A stretch of DNA of 64,000 nucleotides from NCBI RefSeq assembly GCF_009914755.1, contig NC_060943.1; one strand, given 5' to 3'. Within the stretch, counting starts at the first letter, position 1. Each line of letters begins with the position of its first letter. Below the pieces are notes generated by a model. It searched no databases and was not told the DNA's origin. It worked only from the letters and a program-made list of their open reading frames with translations. The position numbers were made by a program, and so were the translations under genes. Origin of the DNA: the human T2T-CHM13v2.0 reference genome, Homo sapiens. Shown piece after piece: positions 1 through 22,368 of this stretch.

Positions 1-2
1 TT

Positions 3-236
<234 letters not shown>

Positions 237-294
237 TTATTCTACCAAAAAGACATGTGTACTCATATGTTGATTGCAGCTCTATGAGTGCTGA

Positions 295-732
<438 letters not shown>

Positions 733-889
733 TGATCCGCCCATCTCGGCCTCCCAAAGTGCTGGGATTACAGGCATGAGCCACCGTGCCCAGCCCGCCC
801 AGGTCAGTTTTGAACTCTTGGACTGAAAGTATCTCATCTTGCCCTCTGAAAGTGCTGGGATTACAGACATGAGCCACACTACACCCTGC

Positions 890-4492
<3,603 letters not shown>

Positions 4493-5073
4493 TAGTAGAG
4501 ACGGGATTTCACCGTGTTAGCCAGGATGGTCTAGATCTCCTGACCTGGTGATCCGCCCGCCTCGGCCTCCCAAAGTGCTGGGATTACAGGCGTGAGCCAC
4601 CGCGCCCGGCCTGGCAGGTTTTATATTGGACTGTGCAGTTCAACCTACAGGCCAGGAGATGGCACTTCGGGCTGAAAGTTGCCGGCAGCAGAAGCAGGTG
4701 GGCATGAACCTGATCTTGGTTTCCTGGGAGGTACTGTCTGTTGTTTCAGGTCATGGGCTGGAGCATGGAGTGCCCGGTGCCATGAGCTTCCTGTTCCCTG
4801 GGGTGGGGGACACGGCTGGGCAGAGCTGGAGCCCATAGCTTGCACAAGAATACCCCAATGATGAAGGCAGGCACCAGGCCGATGAGGGTGGCTGAGAGGA
4901 GCTCCAGGTGAAATGCGCTGAGGCCTCTGTGTAGGGCTGAGGGGTGAGGATATTGCACCGGCTCCTCATCTAGATTGGCAGGAACGTGAATCGTGTCCCT
5001 GTCACACCCCTATCGTGGGGTTCGTGGCTCCTAGTTCAGATGCACACTGTACTCCTTTCTTCTTTTTTTTTGA

Positions 5074-5270
<197 letters not shown>

Positions 5271-6529
5271 TGACCTCAGGTGATCCACTCGCCTCGGCCT
5301 TCCAAAGTCCTGCGATTACAGGCGTGAGCCACCAAGCCTGGCCACTGTACTGCTTTTTTTTTTTTTTTTTGAGATGGAGTCTCGCTCCGTCACCCAGACT
5401 TGAGTACGGTGGCACGACTTCGGCTCACTGCAACCTCCGCCTTCGGGATTCAAGTGATTATCCTGCCTCAGCCTCCCGAGCAGCTGGGATTACAGGTACA
5501 TACCACCACACCTGGCTAATTTTTGTATTTTTAGTCGAGACAGGGTTTCACCATGTTGGCCAGGCTGGTCTCGAACTTCTGACCTCAAGTGATCCACCCA
5601 CCTTGTGGCTCCCAAAGGGCTAGGATTACAGGCATGGGCCACATCACCCAGCCAGCACACTGCACTGTTTCCCAGGACCACAGTGTGGTGGAGAGCCTCG
5701 GGAAACGCCTGTTTCGTGGCTCTCTATGGAGTGGTTTTGGAGCTGCACATGGTCACTCAGCCTGGTCCAGGGAGATTTAGGGCTCACCTGGCCTCTCATA
5801 TGGTGGCACTGCTGCTTCATGTAAGAGGGGCACCACCTCTGGGGCTGTGCAGGTGTGTGTTGTGGTGGTGGCCAGCTGGCTGGGCCCAACCTCAGGCCCT
5901 GAGGGAAGTGGTCGGGTACCAGCAGTGCTGGAATGGGGTGGGCAGTACCCCAATTCCCTGAGCCCTAGATGGCCCACTGGAATGCATGGATGAGTGAGTC
6001 CCATTGGGACTGGAATGGAGGTGGGGCTAGAGCAGCGTCCAGTGCTGACTCTGATGGTGGGGTACGGGCTGGTCCCCTGCTCACTGGCCAACTCTCCAGC
6101 GGGTGCAGGCAGAGTACTCCGGCGGTGGGAGCCTGGGGGGTGATCCCAGGCCTGTCGGATAGGGTTGGCAGACGGGCACTCTCTGGGTCACAGCTGAAAC
6201 ACCTGGGGAGTGTGGGGGTGGGCACCGGAAGCCAGGAGGTGGCAAGCCCCTCTGGGCAGGGAGCCTGTGGTAGACAGTCTGGAGCCATGGGAAAGTTGGG
6301 GCCCCAGCCTGAGGGCAGCAGTGGCAGGACCGCAGTGGCAGCCACCACGGAGGGCCTGTCAGTTACCTCTGGGAGTTTCCTGCCAGAGGAATGTGGAGGC
6401 CACCGACCAGGGTGCTGAGGCCAGGGTGGGTCAGCTGTGCTGGGGGCCCAAGCCGGTCAGCCTGGCCTGGCAAGGAGCAGCGGAGGCAAGGCCTGAAGCC
6501 CATCCATCCCCTCCTCAGTGCGATCCTAG

Positions 6530-7171
6530 TGTAACTTCGCCAGGGGTCCTTTCCACCCTCTGCATAAAGACAGACCAGGGCATGGCAGGAGAGAAAGAGT
6601 TTGACAGACACGAGGCCGGTCATGCCACGTGGGAGATGGAGTTCATACTCAAACCATCCAAGGCTCACAGGTTAGGTTTTCAAAGGCAGTTTGGAGGAAG
6701 TAAAATCAAAGGCAACTTGGAAGGGGTTGGGGGGGGGTCCCCAGGTTACAGATGCTTGCTACTGATTGGTTGGGGCAGAGATGAACTCCTAGGCCTCCTG
6801 GGGGCCAATTCGCATTTAAGTGGGGCCACCGGAGCGGCATTGTTGGTCCAGGTGCAGCCGAGGGTGTCAGACATGCAAAAAACCTGGAAAGGTATCTCAA
6901 AAACCAACTGGGGAAGCTGTTTATCTTACAACTTCTGGAACGTCAGCGCCTTAGCTGGATTCAGGTTCCTTTCACTGCCTCAGCCTGATGGGCTCCTATT
7001 AGCTTTACAAAAGCAGTTGAGTTTGCAGTAAAGCCTATTATCATCTAAACTGTAGCCTAAATGTCTTCCAAAATTAGCTTGGCCCAACAGCCCAGGATTA
7101 ATTGAGGGTGAGTTAGCTTAGTTTACTATTCGCATTTTCTCACTGACAGAACTTTCGTACAGGCGGCTTCA
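6530..7171 (-). mobile_element. ERV1 (MER4-group) solo LTR, 642 bp
   Basis: TG...CA termini (TGTAAC at 6530, GGCGGCTTCA ending 7171) with a 4-bp TSD CTAG at 6526-6529 and 7172-7175. The minus-strand start TGAAGCCGCC resembles TGAAACCGCC-type LTRs. Confidence 0.8.
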
Positions 7172-7338
7172 CTAGCAGGCGGACAAAGAGCCTGGCCTTC
7201 CTTGTTGCTGGGGCTGTGGCAGCTGACAACAGGGTGCTCATGGGGTGTGCAGGGATCCAAGGCCTGTGGGGCTCCGCACAGGCTTGAACGGTGCTCTGCG
7301 GAGACTCCAGGCTGCCTCCATGTTGCTCTGGAAGCTCA

Positions 7339-7682
<344 letters not shown>

Positions 7683-7906
7683 TCAAAGGAAAAAAAAGTG
7701 TGGGACCCCCAGGGACTCTCACTCTTACCCTTTCTCTGCATCAGGGAGCTTCCCCCAACTCCGCTGCAATCCCAGGAGGGCAGCTGCCCAACCTTGCCTG
7801 TTCTCCAAGTCCCACCGCAGCCCTGGTGAATCCCAGCATGGTGTTCTGGTCTATGCCCTTGAAGACCGGGCAGTTACCCTGTTTCCTCTCCATGAAAGCA
7901 GCGCAC

Positions 7907-8064
7907 TGGGGGGAGGGGGGAGGGATAGCATTGGGAGAGATACCTAATGCTAGATGACGAGTTAGTGGGTGCAGCGCACCAGTATGGCACATGTATACAT
8001 ATGTAACTAACCTGCACATTGTGCACATGTACCCTAAAACTTAAAGTATAATAATAATAATAAA
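7907..8064 (+). mobile_element. 5'-truncated young L1PA (L1PA2/3-like) 3' end
   Basis: Canonical L1 3'UTR GGGAGGGATAGCATTGGGAG...CCCTAAAACTTAAAGTATAATAA; GAG rather than Ta-type ACA at the diagnostic site; perfect 12-bp TSD AAAGCAGCGCAC at 7895-7906 and 8065-8076. Confidence 0.93.
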
Positions 8065-8212
8065 AAAGCAGCGCACACTAGCTGCGTCCACCAGCCATCA
8101 TGAACTGCAACCCACAATCACATTTGTTAATAGTAAAATATTTTCATACTTTATTTTATTTGTATATTTTATATTAAGTTAATATTTTATTTTTATAATG
8201 ATTATATGTTAA

Positions 8213-8500
<288 letters not shown>

Positions 8501-8663
8501 TGAACTCGTGATTCGCCCGCCTCGGCCTCCCAAAGTGCTTGGATTACAGGCGTGAGCCACCGTGCCCGGCCTATCTTTGCTTTTTTTAATGTGGCTACTA
8601 GAAATATTAAAATTACATACTTGGCCGGGCGCGGTGGCTCAGGCCTGTAATTCCAGCACTTTA

Positions 8664-8912
<249 letters not shown>

Positions 8913-8945
8913 TCATTGTATTTGTTTGGACAGCACCAGTTCTAG

Positions 8946-9203
<258 letters not shown>

Positions 9204-10388
9204 TGATCCGCCCGCCTCGGCCTCCAGGGCTGGAACTATAGGCGTGAGCCACCGTGCCAGGCCAAAAATCTCTTAATGTCTATTCTTTGAGTCAACATTT
9301 CCACTTATTACACTGCTTTTTGTTTTTTGTTTTTTGTTTTTGAGACAGAATCTAGCTCTGTCACCCAGGCTGGAGTGCAGTGGTGCAATTTCAGCTCACT
9401 GCAACCTCCACCTCCTGGGTTCAAGCAATTCTCTGCCTCAGCCTCCTGAGTAGCTGGGATTACAGGCGCCTGCCATCATGCCAGACTAATTTTTGTATTT
9501 TTAGTACAGACGGGGTTTCACCATCTTAGCCAGTCTGGTCTTGAACTCCTGACCTCATGATTCACCCACCTCAGTCTCCCGAAGTGCTGGGATTACAGGT
9601 GTGAGCCACCGTGCCCGGCCACACCATTTTTATAGCATTAATTTAACTTTCTTCCATGATGTAGATACATGGACATTGTCATTTACCCAAGGAACTTCCT
9701 GTTATATCCTCAGGATCTCCTTAGTAAAAATTACACTGATCAGACTTTCTATGCAGTATGTGGCAAAACTCATGAGGATATCGGAGGAACAATCTACCTT
9801 CTCTCTTTTGCCAGACTGGACTGACAGTCATTCAGCTATAATGTAGCAAGTGAACTAGACAACTGAAACTTTAAATAAGGACACAAAATGAGAGAGTTAA
9901 GTATTTTGACAAAAGTCTTAGGTGAAATCAAGCCAACTGCTCTGCAGGCAGGGACTTTAATGGTAAGACACATCCTGAGTAAACAGGTAGAATGCCGTTG
10001 CGCTTCAAGCCATGCCGGGAAACAGAAGAGGAGCCGAGGTCAGGAAAGATTGAGGGCATCTGTGGAATTCGCAATTTTACTCAGGATGTAAGGTTAAGTC
10101 TTGCTAAGAATGTGACTTTCAGTAAAGATCAGATACAAGTGTCCTAGAAGACGCCAGAGAAAATCTGTTTGAAGTAAACATGATGGCCGGGCACGCTGGC
10201 TCACGCCTGGAATCCCAGCACTTTTAGAGGCCAGAGGCAGGAGGATGGCTTCAGCTCAGGAGTTCAAGACCAGCCTCGGCAACAAGGTGAAACTCCATCT
10301 CTACTGTAAATACAAAAATTACCCTGGTGTGGTAGCGCATGCCTGTATTCCCAGCTACTCGGGAGGCTGAGGCAAGAGGATCACTTGA

Positions 10389-10780
<392 letters not shown>

Positions 10781-10929
10781 TAATCCCAGCACTTTGGGAG
10801 GCCGAGGCGGGCAGATCATGAGGTCAGGCATTCGAGACCAGCCTGACCGACATGGTGAAACCCCGTCTCTACTAAAAACACAAAAATTAGCCGGGAATGG
10901 TGGTGCACACCTGTAATCCCAGCTACTCA

Positions 10930-11073
<144 letters not shown>

Positions 11074-11232
11074 TCAACCTGATTTAGCAATTCCACAATG
11101 TATACATATTTCCAAGCTTCATGTATACCATAAACATACACAATTTTAATACATATAATATATGCAATTGTACACCATAAACATAGACAACTTTTATTTG
11201 TCAATTTTTAAAAATGTAAGTTTTTAAAGTTA

Positions 11233-11531
<299 letters not shown>

Positions 11532-12030
11532 TCAAATCAAATAAAGATATTTTGTTAAGCTGGGTATGATGGGGTACCTGTAGTCCCAGCTGCTTGGAAG
11601 ACTGAGGCAGGAGGATCACTTGAGCCCAGGAGTTCAAGTTCCGCCTGGGCAACAGAGCAAGTCCTCACCTCTATAACAAACAAACAAACAAACAAACAAC
11701 AAAATAAAGTTTTTTTAAAAGTGTTTGCTCACTGGCAATGCACAAGGGGCTTTAAGTGTATCCCACCTTCATGCTCCACAGAGCTTCACACTTTCCCTTC
11801 ATCCAGAGGACACCTCCAGTGGACTGGACCATCCCTTTTCCGTGGTTAAACTAATTCAGCAAGGGACTAGGGATGTTTTCATGAGGAGTTTGGGAGCTTG
11901 ACGCTGGTGGCTGTTGATTGTTCTCCAAGCTGTGTGGGATCCCATATCCAAAATACATAGCAAATCCTAGCAGGGAAATGAGACAATGAAAGGAAATGTA
12001 GTCACCCCTTCCCTTATAAATGCCCTATAG

Positions 12031-12459
<429 letters not shown>

Positions 12460-13033
12460 TAGTAGAGATGGGGTTTCACCATGTTGGCCAGGCTGTTCTT
12501 GAGCTCCTGATCTTAGGTGACCCACCTGCCTTGGCCCCCTGAAGTGCTGGGATTATAGGTGCGAGCCACTGCGTGCGGCCAGTTTTTTATTTTGGTAGAG
12601 GTGGAGTCTCGCCATGTTGCCCAGGCTGGTCTGGAGCTCCTGGTCTCAAGCGATGCTCCTGCCTTCATCTCCTGAGTAGCTGGGACTACAGGCACACCCC
12701 ACACTGTTAGCCTGAGACAGCTATAGGGAAAGGTCGCAGGAAGAGTGTTGGGCTCAGACACCCAAGAGGCCTCTTTTTTTCCAGGAAGCCACTCACCAAT
12801 CAACATCCAGACTCCACATTGGGCCCAGGTCTCAGTGGTCATCTGCATCATCAGGTAAACATGTGCAGAGATGCTGACCAGAGGAGAACAGGCAACAGGG
12901 GGACCTGCAGGCAAAGCGTTAACCGTGAGCACACCACGAACGTCTGCAAGGGACCCTTATTCCAAGGGGTGGGAAGGCCTCAGCTCTGTTGCAGTCGCAT
13001 ATTCAATGCCTATTCTTTTTTTTTTTTTTTTGA

Positions 13034-13141
<108 letters not shown>

Positions 13142-13797
13142 TAGCTGGGATTACCGGCACACACCACCATGCCCGGCTAATTTTTGTATTTTTAGTAGAA
13201 CCGGAATTTCACCATGTTGGCCAGGCTGGTCCCGAACTCCTCGCCTCAAGTGATCCACCCGCCTTGGCCTCCCAAAGTGCTGGGATTACAGGTGTGAGCC
13301 ACCTCACCTGGCTCAATGCCTGTTCTGAGTAGGTATTCCATTGGGTGTTCTGGAAGAGACAGGTTTTGGGAAGTACTGATATGTGGGGGCTGGAGGGGGT
13401 GTCCATGAACAGTCCATTGGTTTTTCGCAACTGCCCTTTTTACCCCTGGTCCCGTAGAGTATTTAGAGCTTGAGGCATGCAGAGTCCACTGACTCAGGAG
13501 GGTGGTGTGGGGACATAAGGCCACCTACCTTGAAGTAAAGAGGAGTGTTGCTCTGGGGCTGTCTCCAGACGGTGAAAGTGAATCCCACAATGAGCACCAG
13601 CAGCAACACAGCCGCTGCGATGTAGATCAGCTCTCCAGAGAACAGGCGTTTGGGCCAATGGGCCAATACCAGGCATAGCATGGACAGCAGGACAACTGGA
13701 AAAGGGTCAAGGTTGGGGAGAACAGGTTCAACTTCAGAAGCTAAATAAGTGAAGATCTCGGGCCACATCCTATCCCCCAAACCATATATATGGGTAT

Positions 13798-13798
<1 letters not shown>

Positions 13799-13842
<44 letters not shown>
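13799..13842. repeat. (TG)n microsatellite, about 21 units
   Basis: Pure TG run. Confidence 0.95.
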
Positions 13843-13843
<1 letters not shown>

Positions 13844-13908
13844 CAGCCTCCCAAGTAGGGACTACAGGCACGTGTCAGCACACCCAAATACTTTTTTTTT
13901 TTTTTTGA

Positions 13909-14277
<369 letters not shown>

Positions 14278-14502
14278 TGATCTCGAACTCCTGACCTTGT
14301 GATCCACTCCCCCCCGGCACCCGGCCTCCCAGAGTGCTGGGATTACAGGCGTGAGCCACTGTGCCTGACCTAATTTTTTGTATTTTTAGTAGAGATGGGG
14401 TTTCACCATGTTGGCCAGGCTGGTCTCAACTCCTCACCTCAAGTGATCCACTTGCCTCAGCCTTCTAAAGTGAGCCACCACACCCAGCCTAAACTTTTAA
14501 TT

Positions 14503-14580
14503 TTATATATATATATTTGTGTGTGTATATGTATGTGTGTGTGTGTGTATATATGTGTGTGTGTGTGTATATATATATAT
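14503..14580. repeat. Compound (TA)n/(TG)n microsatellite
   Basis: Alternating TATA and TGTG blocks in an Alu tail region. Confidence 0.9.
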
Positions 14581-15149
14581 GGCTTTTTGTTTGTTTTTTG
14601 AGATGGGATCTCGCCCCATTGCCCAGACTACAGTGCAGTGGTGTGGTCTTGATTCACTGAAGCCTCGACTGCCCAGGCTCAAGCAGTTGTCCCGCCTCAG
14701 CCTCCCAAAGTGCTGGGATTCCATGTGTAATCCACTGTGCCCGGCCAAAAGTGCGCCTACTAAGAAGGGCCACCACATCTTCACAACTCCTCTCAACTAC
14801 CAAAGCCCCACACTCCCTACTCGGCCCCCTGCCGCATGCTATCAGGTTCAAAACACCCCGCGGAGAAACGCCACTGCTCACCAAGCAGAAAGGCACATCC
14901 ATAGACGATGCGGCCCCATCTCGGGGTGGGGATGGTGCTGACAGGGCTCCACAGACTCGCCGGAGTGCTGGACGCTTCAGGAACACATGCTGGGGATTCT
15001 GCTTTGGGTACAGAATTCATCTCAACTACTTCCTCCTTCGGCTTCTCGTTCTTGCTGAAATTCTCGTCTGGCTGGTACCTGAATTAGAGAGAGTAGGGCA
15101 AGATTAACCCAGGTCCCTGTTCATCCAACATCAGAGAGCCTAATACACC

Positions 15150-15826
15150 CACGGTAGCTCCCACGTATCTGAGGTTTCATCTACCCGTATCCACTACAGT
15201 CCAAAAATAGTAAATGGAAAAGTCCAGCAGTAATTTGTAAGTTTTCTTTCTTTTTTTCCTTTTTTTCTTTTCTTTCTTTTTTTTTTTTTTTGAGACGGAG
15301 TCTCACTCTGTCACCCAGGCTGGATTGCAGTGGCACAATCTCAGCTCACTGCAACCACCCCCGCCTCCCAGGTTCAAGCAATCTCCTGCCTCGGCCTCCT
15401 GAGTAGCTGGGATTACAGGAGACCACCACCACGCCCAGCTAATTTTTCTATTTTTAGGACATACCAGGTTTCACCATGTTGGCCAGGCTGGTCTCAAACT
15501 CCTGACCTCAAGTGAGCCACCTGTCTCGGCCTCCCAAAGTTCTGGGATTACAGGCGTGAGCCACCGCGCCCCGCCGTAATTGATAAGTTTTCAATTGTGT
15601 GCAGCTTCAAGTAGCGGCATTCCACGCTGCCCATGCCCAGGATGTAAATCATCCTTTTGTCCAGTGTGTCCATGCTGTGAACGCTACCGGCCGTGTTAAG
15701 TCACATTAGGCAACTGAGTTATGGATGGGAAAATGATCATGTATAGGGACTGGTACTATCCGCGGTTTCGGGCATGTACTGGGGGTCTTGGAACGTGTCC
15801 CCCGTGGATAAGCAGGGGCTGTTGTA
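15150..15826. mobile_element. MER44 (Tigger-family) DNA transposon split by an Alu
   Basis: 3' terminus GGTACTATCCGCGGTTTCGGGCAT..CTGGGGGTCTTGGAACGTGTCCCCCGTGGATAAG resembles the MER44 end. Confidence 0.7.
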
Positions 15827-16101
15827 CTCCTCCCACTCCTGTATGTGTAGCAATGCACCGAGGGGCCAGGAGGCAGGCAGAAGAGGGCTGGGAACCCCAT
15901 CAATCCTCACGTGTCTAGGACCCCAGTCTCACCTGAGGACAAGAACAGAAAAAGCCACCAAGGAGTAAGCAAGCATAGTCCCGATGGACAAGAGGCTCAC
16001 AAGGTCACTGAACTCAAACAGGAAAGCCATGATTGCTATAGTCAGGGCTCAAAACAGGGTGAGTTCCAATGTTCCACAGCACTAGAGGGTGACTGTCGTT
16101 A

Positions 16102-16474
<373 letters not shown>

Positions 16475-17101
16475 TTATTACATCTTGTATACATGTATGG
16501 AAATATCACACTGTACCCCACGAATATGTACAATTATTGTGTTAATTAATAATAGGAATGTGGCCAGGTGCAGGGGCTCATGCCTGTAATCTCAGCACTT
16601 AGGGAGGCCGAGGCAGGCGGACTGCTTGAGCCCAGAGGTTCCACATCAGCCTGGGCAACACAGACCCCCGCCTCTACAAAATTTGAATATTAGCCAGGTG
16701 TGGTGCCACTGTACACTGGCATGGGTAAGAGTGAGATCCTGTCTCAACAACAACAAAAGTCAGATTATGTACATTTTCTTTAATTTTTTTTTTTTAAACA
16801 GGAATCATCATACCTCCCTGCAGCCCTAACCTGCTGCGCTCAAGCCATCCTCCCACCTCAGCCTCCCGAGTAGCTGGGACTACAGGTGTACCACCACACC
16901 CAGCTAATTTTTTTTTTTTTTTTTGAGACGGAGTCTCGCTCTGTCGCTCAGGCTGGAGGGCAGTGGCGCGATCTTAGCTCACAGCAAGCTCCGCCTCCCA
17001 CAGCCAACTAATTGTTAAAAATTTTTTTGCAGAGACAAAAAAATGATCTCAGGGTCTGGCTATGTTGCCCAGGCTGGTCTCAAACTCCTGGGCTCAAGTG
17101 A

Positions 17102-17380
<279 letters not shown>

Positions 17381-18163
17381 TGAGATGGAAGTCTCCCTGT
17401 GTTGCCCAGGGTGGTCTTGAACTCCTGGGATCAAGCAATCCTCCCACCTCAGCCTCCCAAAGTGCTGGGGTTATAGGCGTGAGCCACTGAGCCTAGTCCC
17501 ATTTTCCTGTTAAACTTTTTATTAAATAAACTTTTGTAATAGCCAACTTTTTAAAAAAATTGATGAATAATAATAAAAGCAAAAATGGATGGGCTGTGGG
17601 GGAGGATGAGGAACTAACTCATAGAAAATGGATGAAAGAAAGCCTGGATTCTGGGCCTTTACCTGCAAGGGTCCCAGCAACGACAGTGGCCACCACAGGG
17701 GTGCTGGTGTGGGCGTGGATCCGGGCGAGTCCGCAGAAAAGGAGCCCGTCCTCAGCCATTGACTAGAGCACGCGAGGCGTGGGGAACGTGGCACCCAGGA
17801 GGCTGCATGCAGGAGAAAACGGGAACACGCATGGGGACTCAGGAAGCAAGAGGGACTGGGGCTTCTGCTCTGTCGCCTCCGTGGGTGAAACGTCTCCTCC
17901 CTTTACCAAGGCCCAGGACACCCGAGAACCAGACAGCAGACAGGGAGAGAGCATCCAGCACTGACCTGGAGGAAAGGGCACAGAGGGTGCCGACGGCCAC
18001 AGCATATCTGATGGGGGCCCATCCAATGTGGACAAAAGCCTCCGGCAAGGGGTTCTCGGGACATATCAGGTAGTAGGGGCACTATGAGGGTGAGCGCCGC
18101 TGAGACACCAAAATAGGCCAAGAAGCAGATGAAGATCGAGGTCACAGTGCCCAAGGGGATGGA

Positions 18164-18330
18164 GCGGTGAGGGTGGAGGCGGTGAGGGTGGAGGGCTTCT
18201 TCTCCTGCGGGACAGGTATATGCACCGGGCGGTGAGGGTGGAGGGCTTCTTCTCCTGCGGGACAGGTATATGCACCGGGCGGTGAGGGTGGAGGGCTTCT
18301 TCTCCTGCAGGACAGGTATACGCACTGGGC
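18164..18330. repeat. 50-bp tandem repeat x3 plus a 15-bp duplication, spanning a pseudogene splice acceptor
   Basis: GGTGAGGGTGGAGGGCTTCTTCTCCTGCRGGACAGGTATAYGCACYGGGC at 18181, 18231 and 18281; extra GCGGTGAGGGTGGAG at 18164-18178. Confidence 0.95.
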
Positions 18331-20297
18331 CAGGAAAATGCACGGAAGTGAAGGTACAAAACCCTCTTCCCTCTTCCCCATCGGAGAGCAGGGTAGCCTT
18401 TAATGAAACCTGTGCCCAGCGGCAGCCCAAACTGTGCCCAAACCCCCGATGAGACAGAATGACCGTGTTACCTGTGGTGGCAATGCCATCAAAACCCACA
18501 AATGCAAAGAAACACGTGGCCGCTCCATGGAGAATCACGCCAAAGCCAAAAGGCACAAACCCTCCAGAGCCCAGGGAGCCCGAGCTACGGGGACAGAAGG
18601 AACAAGAAACATTGGTAAGGTGTGCAGCCGTCTTTCTGGGACGACTCAGTTAACTCCAACTGCTCAGTTAATTCCACAAGCCCGGGGCCCCCACTGCCAT
18701 CCCCACTCCCCATCATCTGGCTCCGTCAACCCAGATTCCCCCTATTCCCACAATAGTCCAGGTTCTGCACCCCAGGCCCCACTCCTGTGTCCAAGAGGGC
18801 ACCTCTGGCCAGTTGCAATGGCTCACGCCTATAATCCCAGCACTTTGGGAGGCTGAGTCAGGTGGATCACTTGAGCCCAGAGGTTGAGACCAGCCTGGGC
18901 AACATGGCAAAACCCCATCTCTACAAAAATTTAAAGACTTAGCTAGGTGTGGTGGTGCACACCTCTAGTCCTAGCTACTCTAGATGATTGCTTGAGCCTG
19001 GGAAGTAGAGGCTGCAGTGAGCCATGATCGTGCTACTGCACTCCAGCCTGAGGGACAGAGCAAGACCCTGTTTCAAAAAATAAAAATAAGTTTTAGGCTG
19101 GGAGCAGTGAGTGGTTCACACCTGTAATCCCAGCACTTTGAGAGGCCAAGGTGGGCAGATCACCTGAGGTCAGGAGTTTGAGACCAGCCTGGCCAACATG
19201 GTGAAACCCCGTCTCTACCAAAAAAAAAAAAAAAACCAAATTGGCCAGGTGTGGTGGCACGCACCTGTAATCCCAGGTGGCTGAAGCAGGAGAATCGCTT
19301 GAACCCGGGAGGCAGAGGTTGCAGTGAGCTGAAATTGTGCGACTGAAATTTAGCCTGGGCGACAGAGTGAGACTCCATCTCAAAAAATAAAAATAAAGGT
19401 AAATTTGAAAATAAAAAAACAGGCCAGGCACAGTGGGTCACACCTGAAATCCTAGCACTTTGGGAGTCAGAGGTGGGCAGATCACTGGAGGTCAGGAGTT
19501 CGAGACCAGCCTGGCCAACGTGGTAAAACCCCATCTCTATTAAAAATACAAAAATTAGCCGAGCATGGTGGCAGGTACCTGTAATCCCAGCTACTCGGAG
19601 GCTGAGGCAGGAGAATCGCTTGAACCCGGGAGGCAGAGGTTGCATGAGCCGAGATCGTGCCACTGCACTCCAGCCTGGGTGACAGAGTGAGACTCCATCT
19701 CAAAAAAAAAAAAAAGTAAATAAATAAATAAATAAAAATAAATAAAAATTAAAATTAAAATAAAAAAATTAAAAAAATAAAATAAACCTGTGCCCTCACC
19801 TGTGGGTGTCGTTGGACACCCCCCAGCTCGGCCCATTTGTAGTCGGCGTCTGTGAGCTGCAGTTGTGCAGATCTCCCTTGATGAAGCCGGAGAAGATGAC
19901 GCAGCTCAGAACCAAAAGGTTCACACCTGTGAAGACTTTGGAACCCCAGGCTGACTCCCGAGCTCCCAGAGCCAGCAGTCCTGTGGGAAACATGGAATAT
20001 CCAGAATAAATAAACCCACAGAGACAGAAGGCAGATCCGTGGTTGCCAGGAGCCAAAGGGAATGGGGAACGACCGCCTAAAGGGTGCAGGGTTTCCCGCA
20101 GGGGTGATGAAAACGTTTCCCAATTAGATGGAAGTGGCAGCTGCACAATGCCGTGGATGTACTAAATGCCACTGAACTGCATGCTTTCAAATGGTTCATT
20201 TCAGGCCAGGCGCAGTGGCTCACGCCTGTAATCCCAGCACTCTGGGAGGCTGAGGCGGGAGGATCACGAGGTAAGGAGATTGAGACCATCCTGGCTA

Positions 20298-21121
<824 letters not shown>

Positions 21122-21168
21122 TCACTCCTATAATCCCAGCACTTTGAAAGGCCGAAGTGGGCAGATCA

Positions 21169-21670
<502 letters not shown>

Positions 21671-21673
21671 TCA

Positions 21674-21892
<219 letters not shown>

Positions 21893-22146
21893 CTAGATGC
21901 CGTGACATGATGATCATTACCTACTCCATTCATGTATCAAAATATCACGTGCCCCATTAATATGTACAATTATTATGTATCAAATAAGAAAAAAGTTCCC
22001 TTCATTGGCTGTTTTAATTTTATACCACCCTAAGTGAAATATTGCCACTTAGAAAGCTTAGCTGCAGGTTTAGTAAATTATAGTGAAGAAACACACCTGA
22101 AGCTGGAGCTCCGCCGGGGGCAGGTGCAAGGGCTGATGTGGAGTCC

Positions 22147-22368
22147 CAGCTTGTCCAACCAGCGGCCCATAGGCTGCCTGCAGCTCAGGATGGCTTTGAA
22201 TGTGGTCCCACACAAATTCAGAAACTTTCTTAAAACATTACGAGTTTGTTTGTGATTCTGGGTTTTTTTCAGCCCATCAGCTATCGTTAGTGTATTTTAT
22301 GTGTACCCGGAGACAATTCTTCTTCTTCCAATGTGGCCCAGGGAAGCCAAAAGATTGGACACCACTGA
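22147..22368. mobile_element. MER30 (hAT-Charlie) element
   Basis: GCTTGTCCAACC...GGATGGCTTTGAATGTGG...CTTCCAATGTGGCCCAGGGAAGCCAAAAGATTGGACACC, about 220 bp with terminal inverted repeats. Confidence 0.8.

Noticed and set aside
6210-7031. 273-aa ORF
   Set aside because: It crosses an L1-LTR junction, starts at a non-ATG codon and has no recognisable domain.
17903-18556. 217-aa transporter-like ORF as a functional CDS
   Set aside because: It reads through an intron and the 50-bp repeat and shifts frame; it is part of the pseudogene.
22085-22146. Possible upstream non-coding exon of the SLC7A3-like pseudogene (minus-strand CAG|GTGTGT)
   Set aside because: Only a donor-like motif, with no homology or transcript support.
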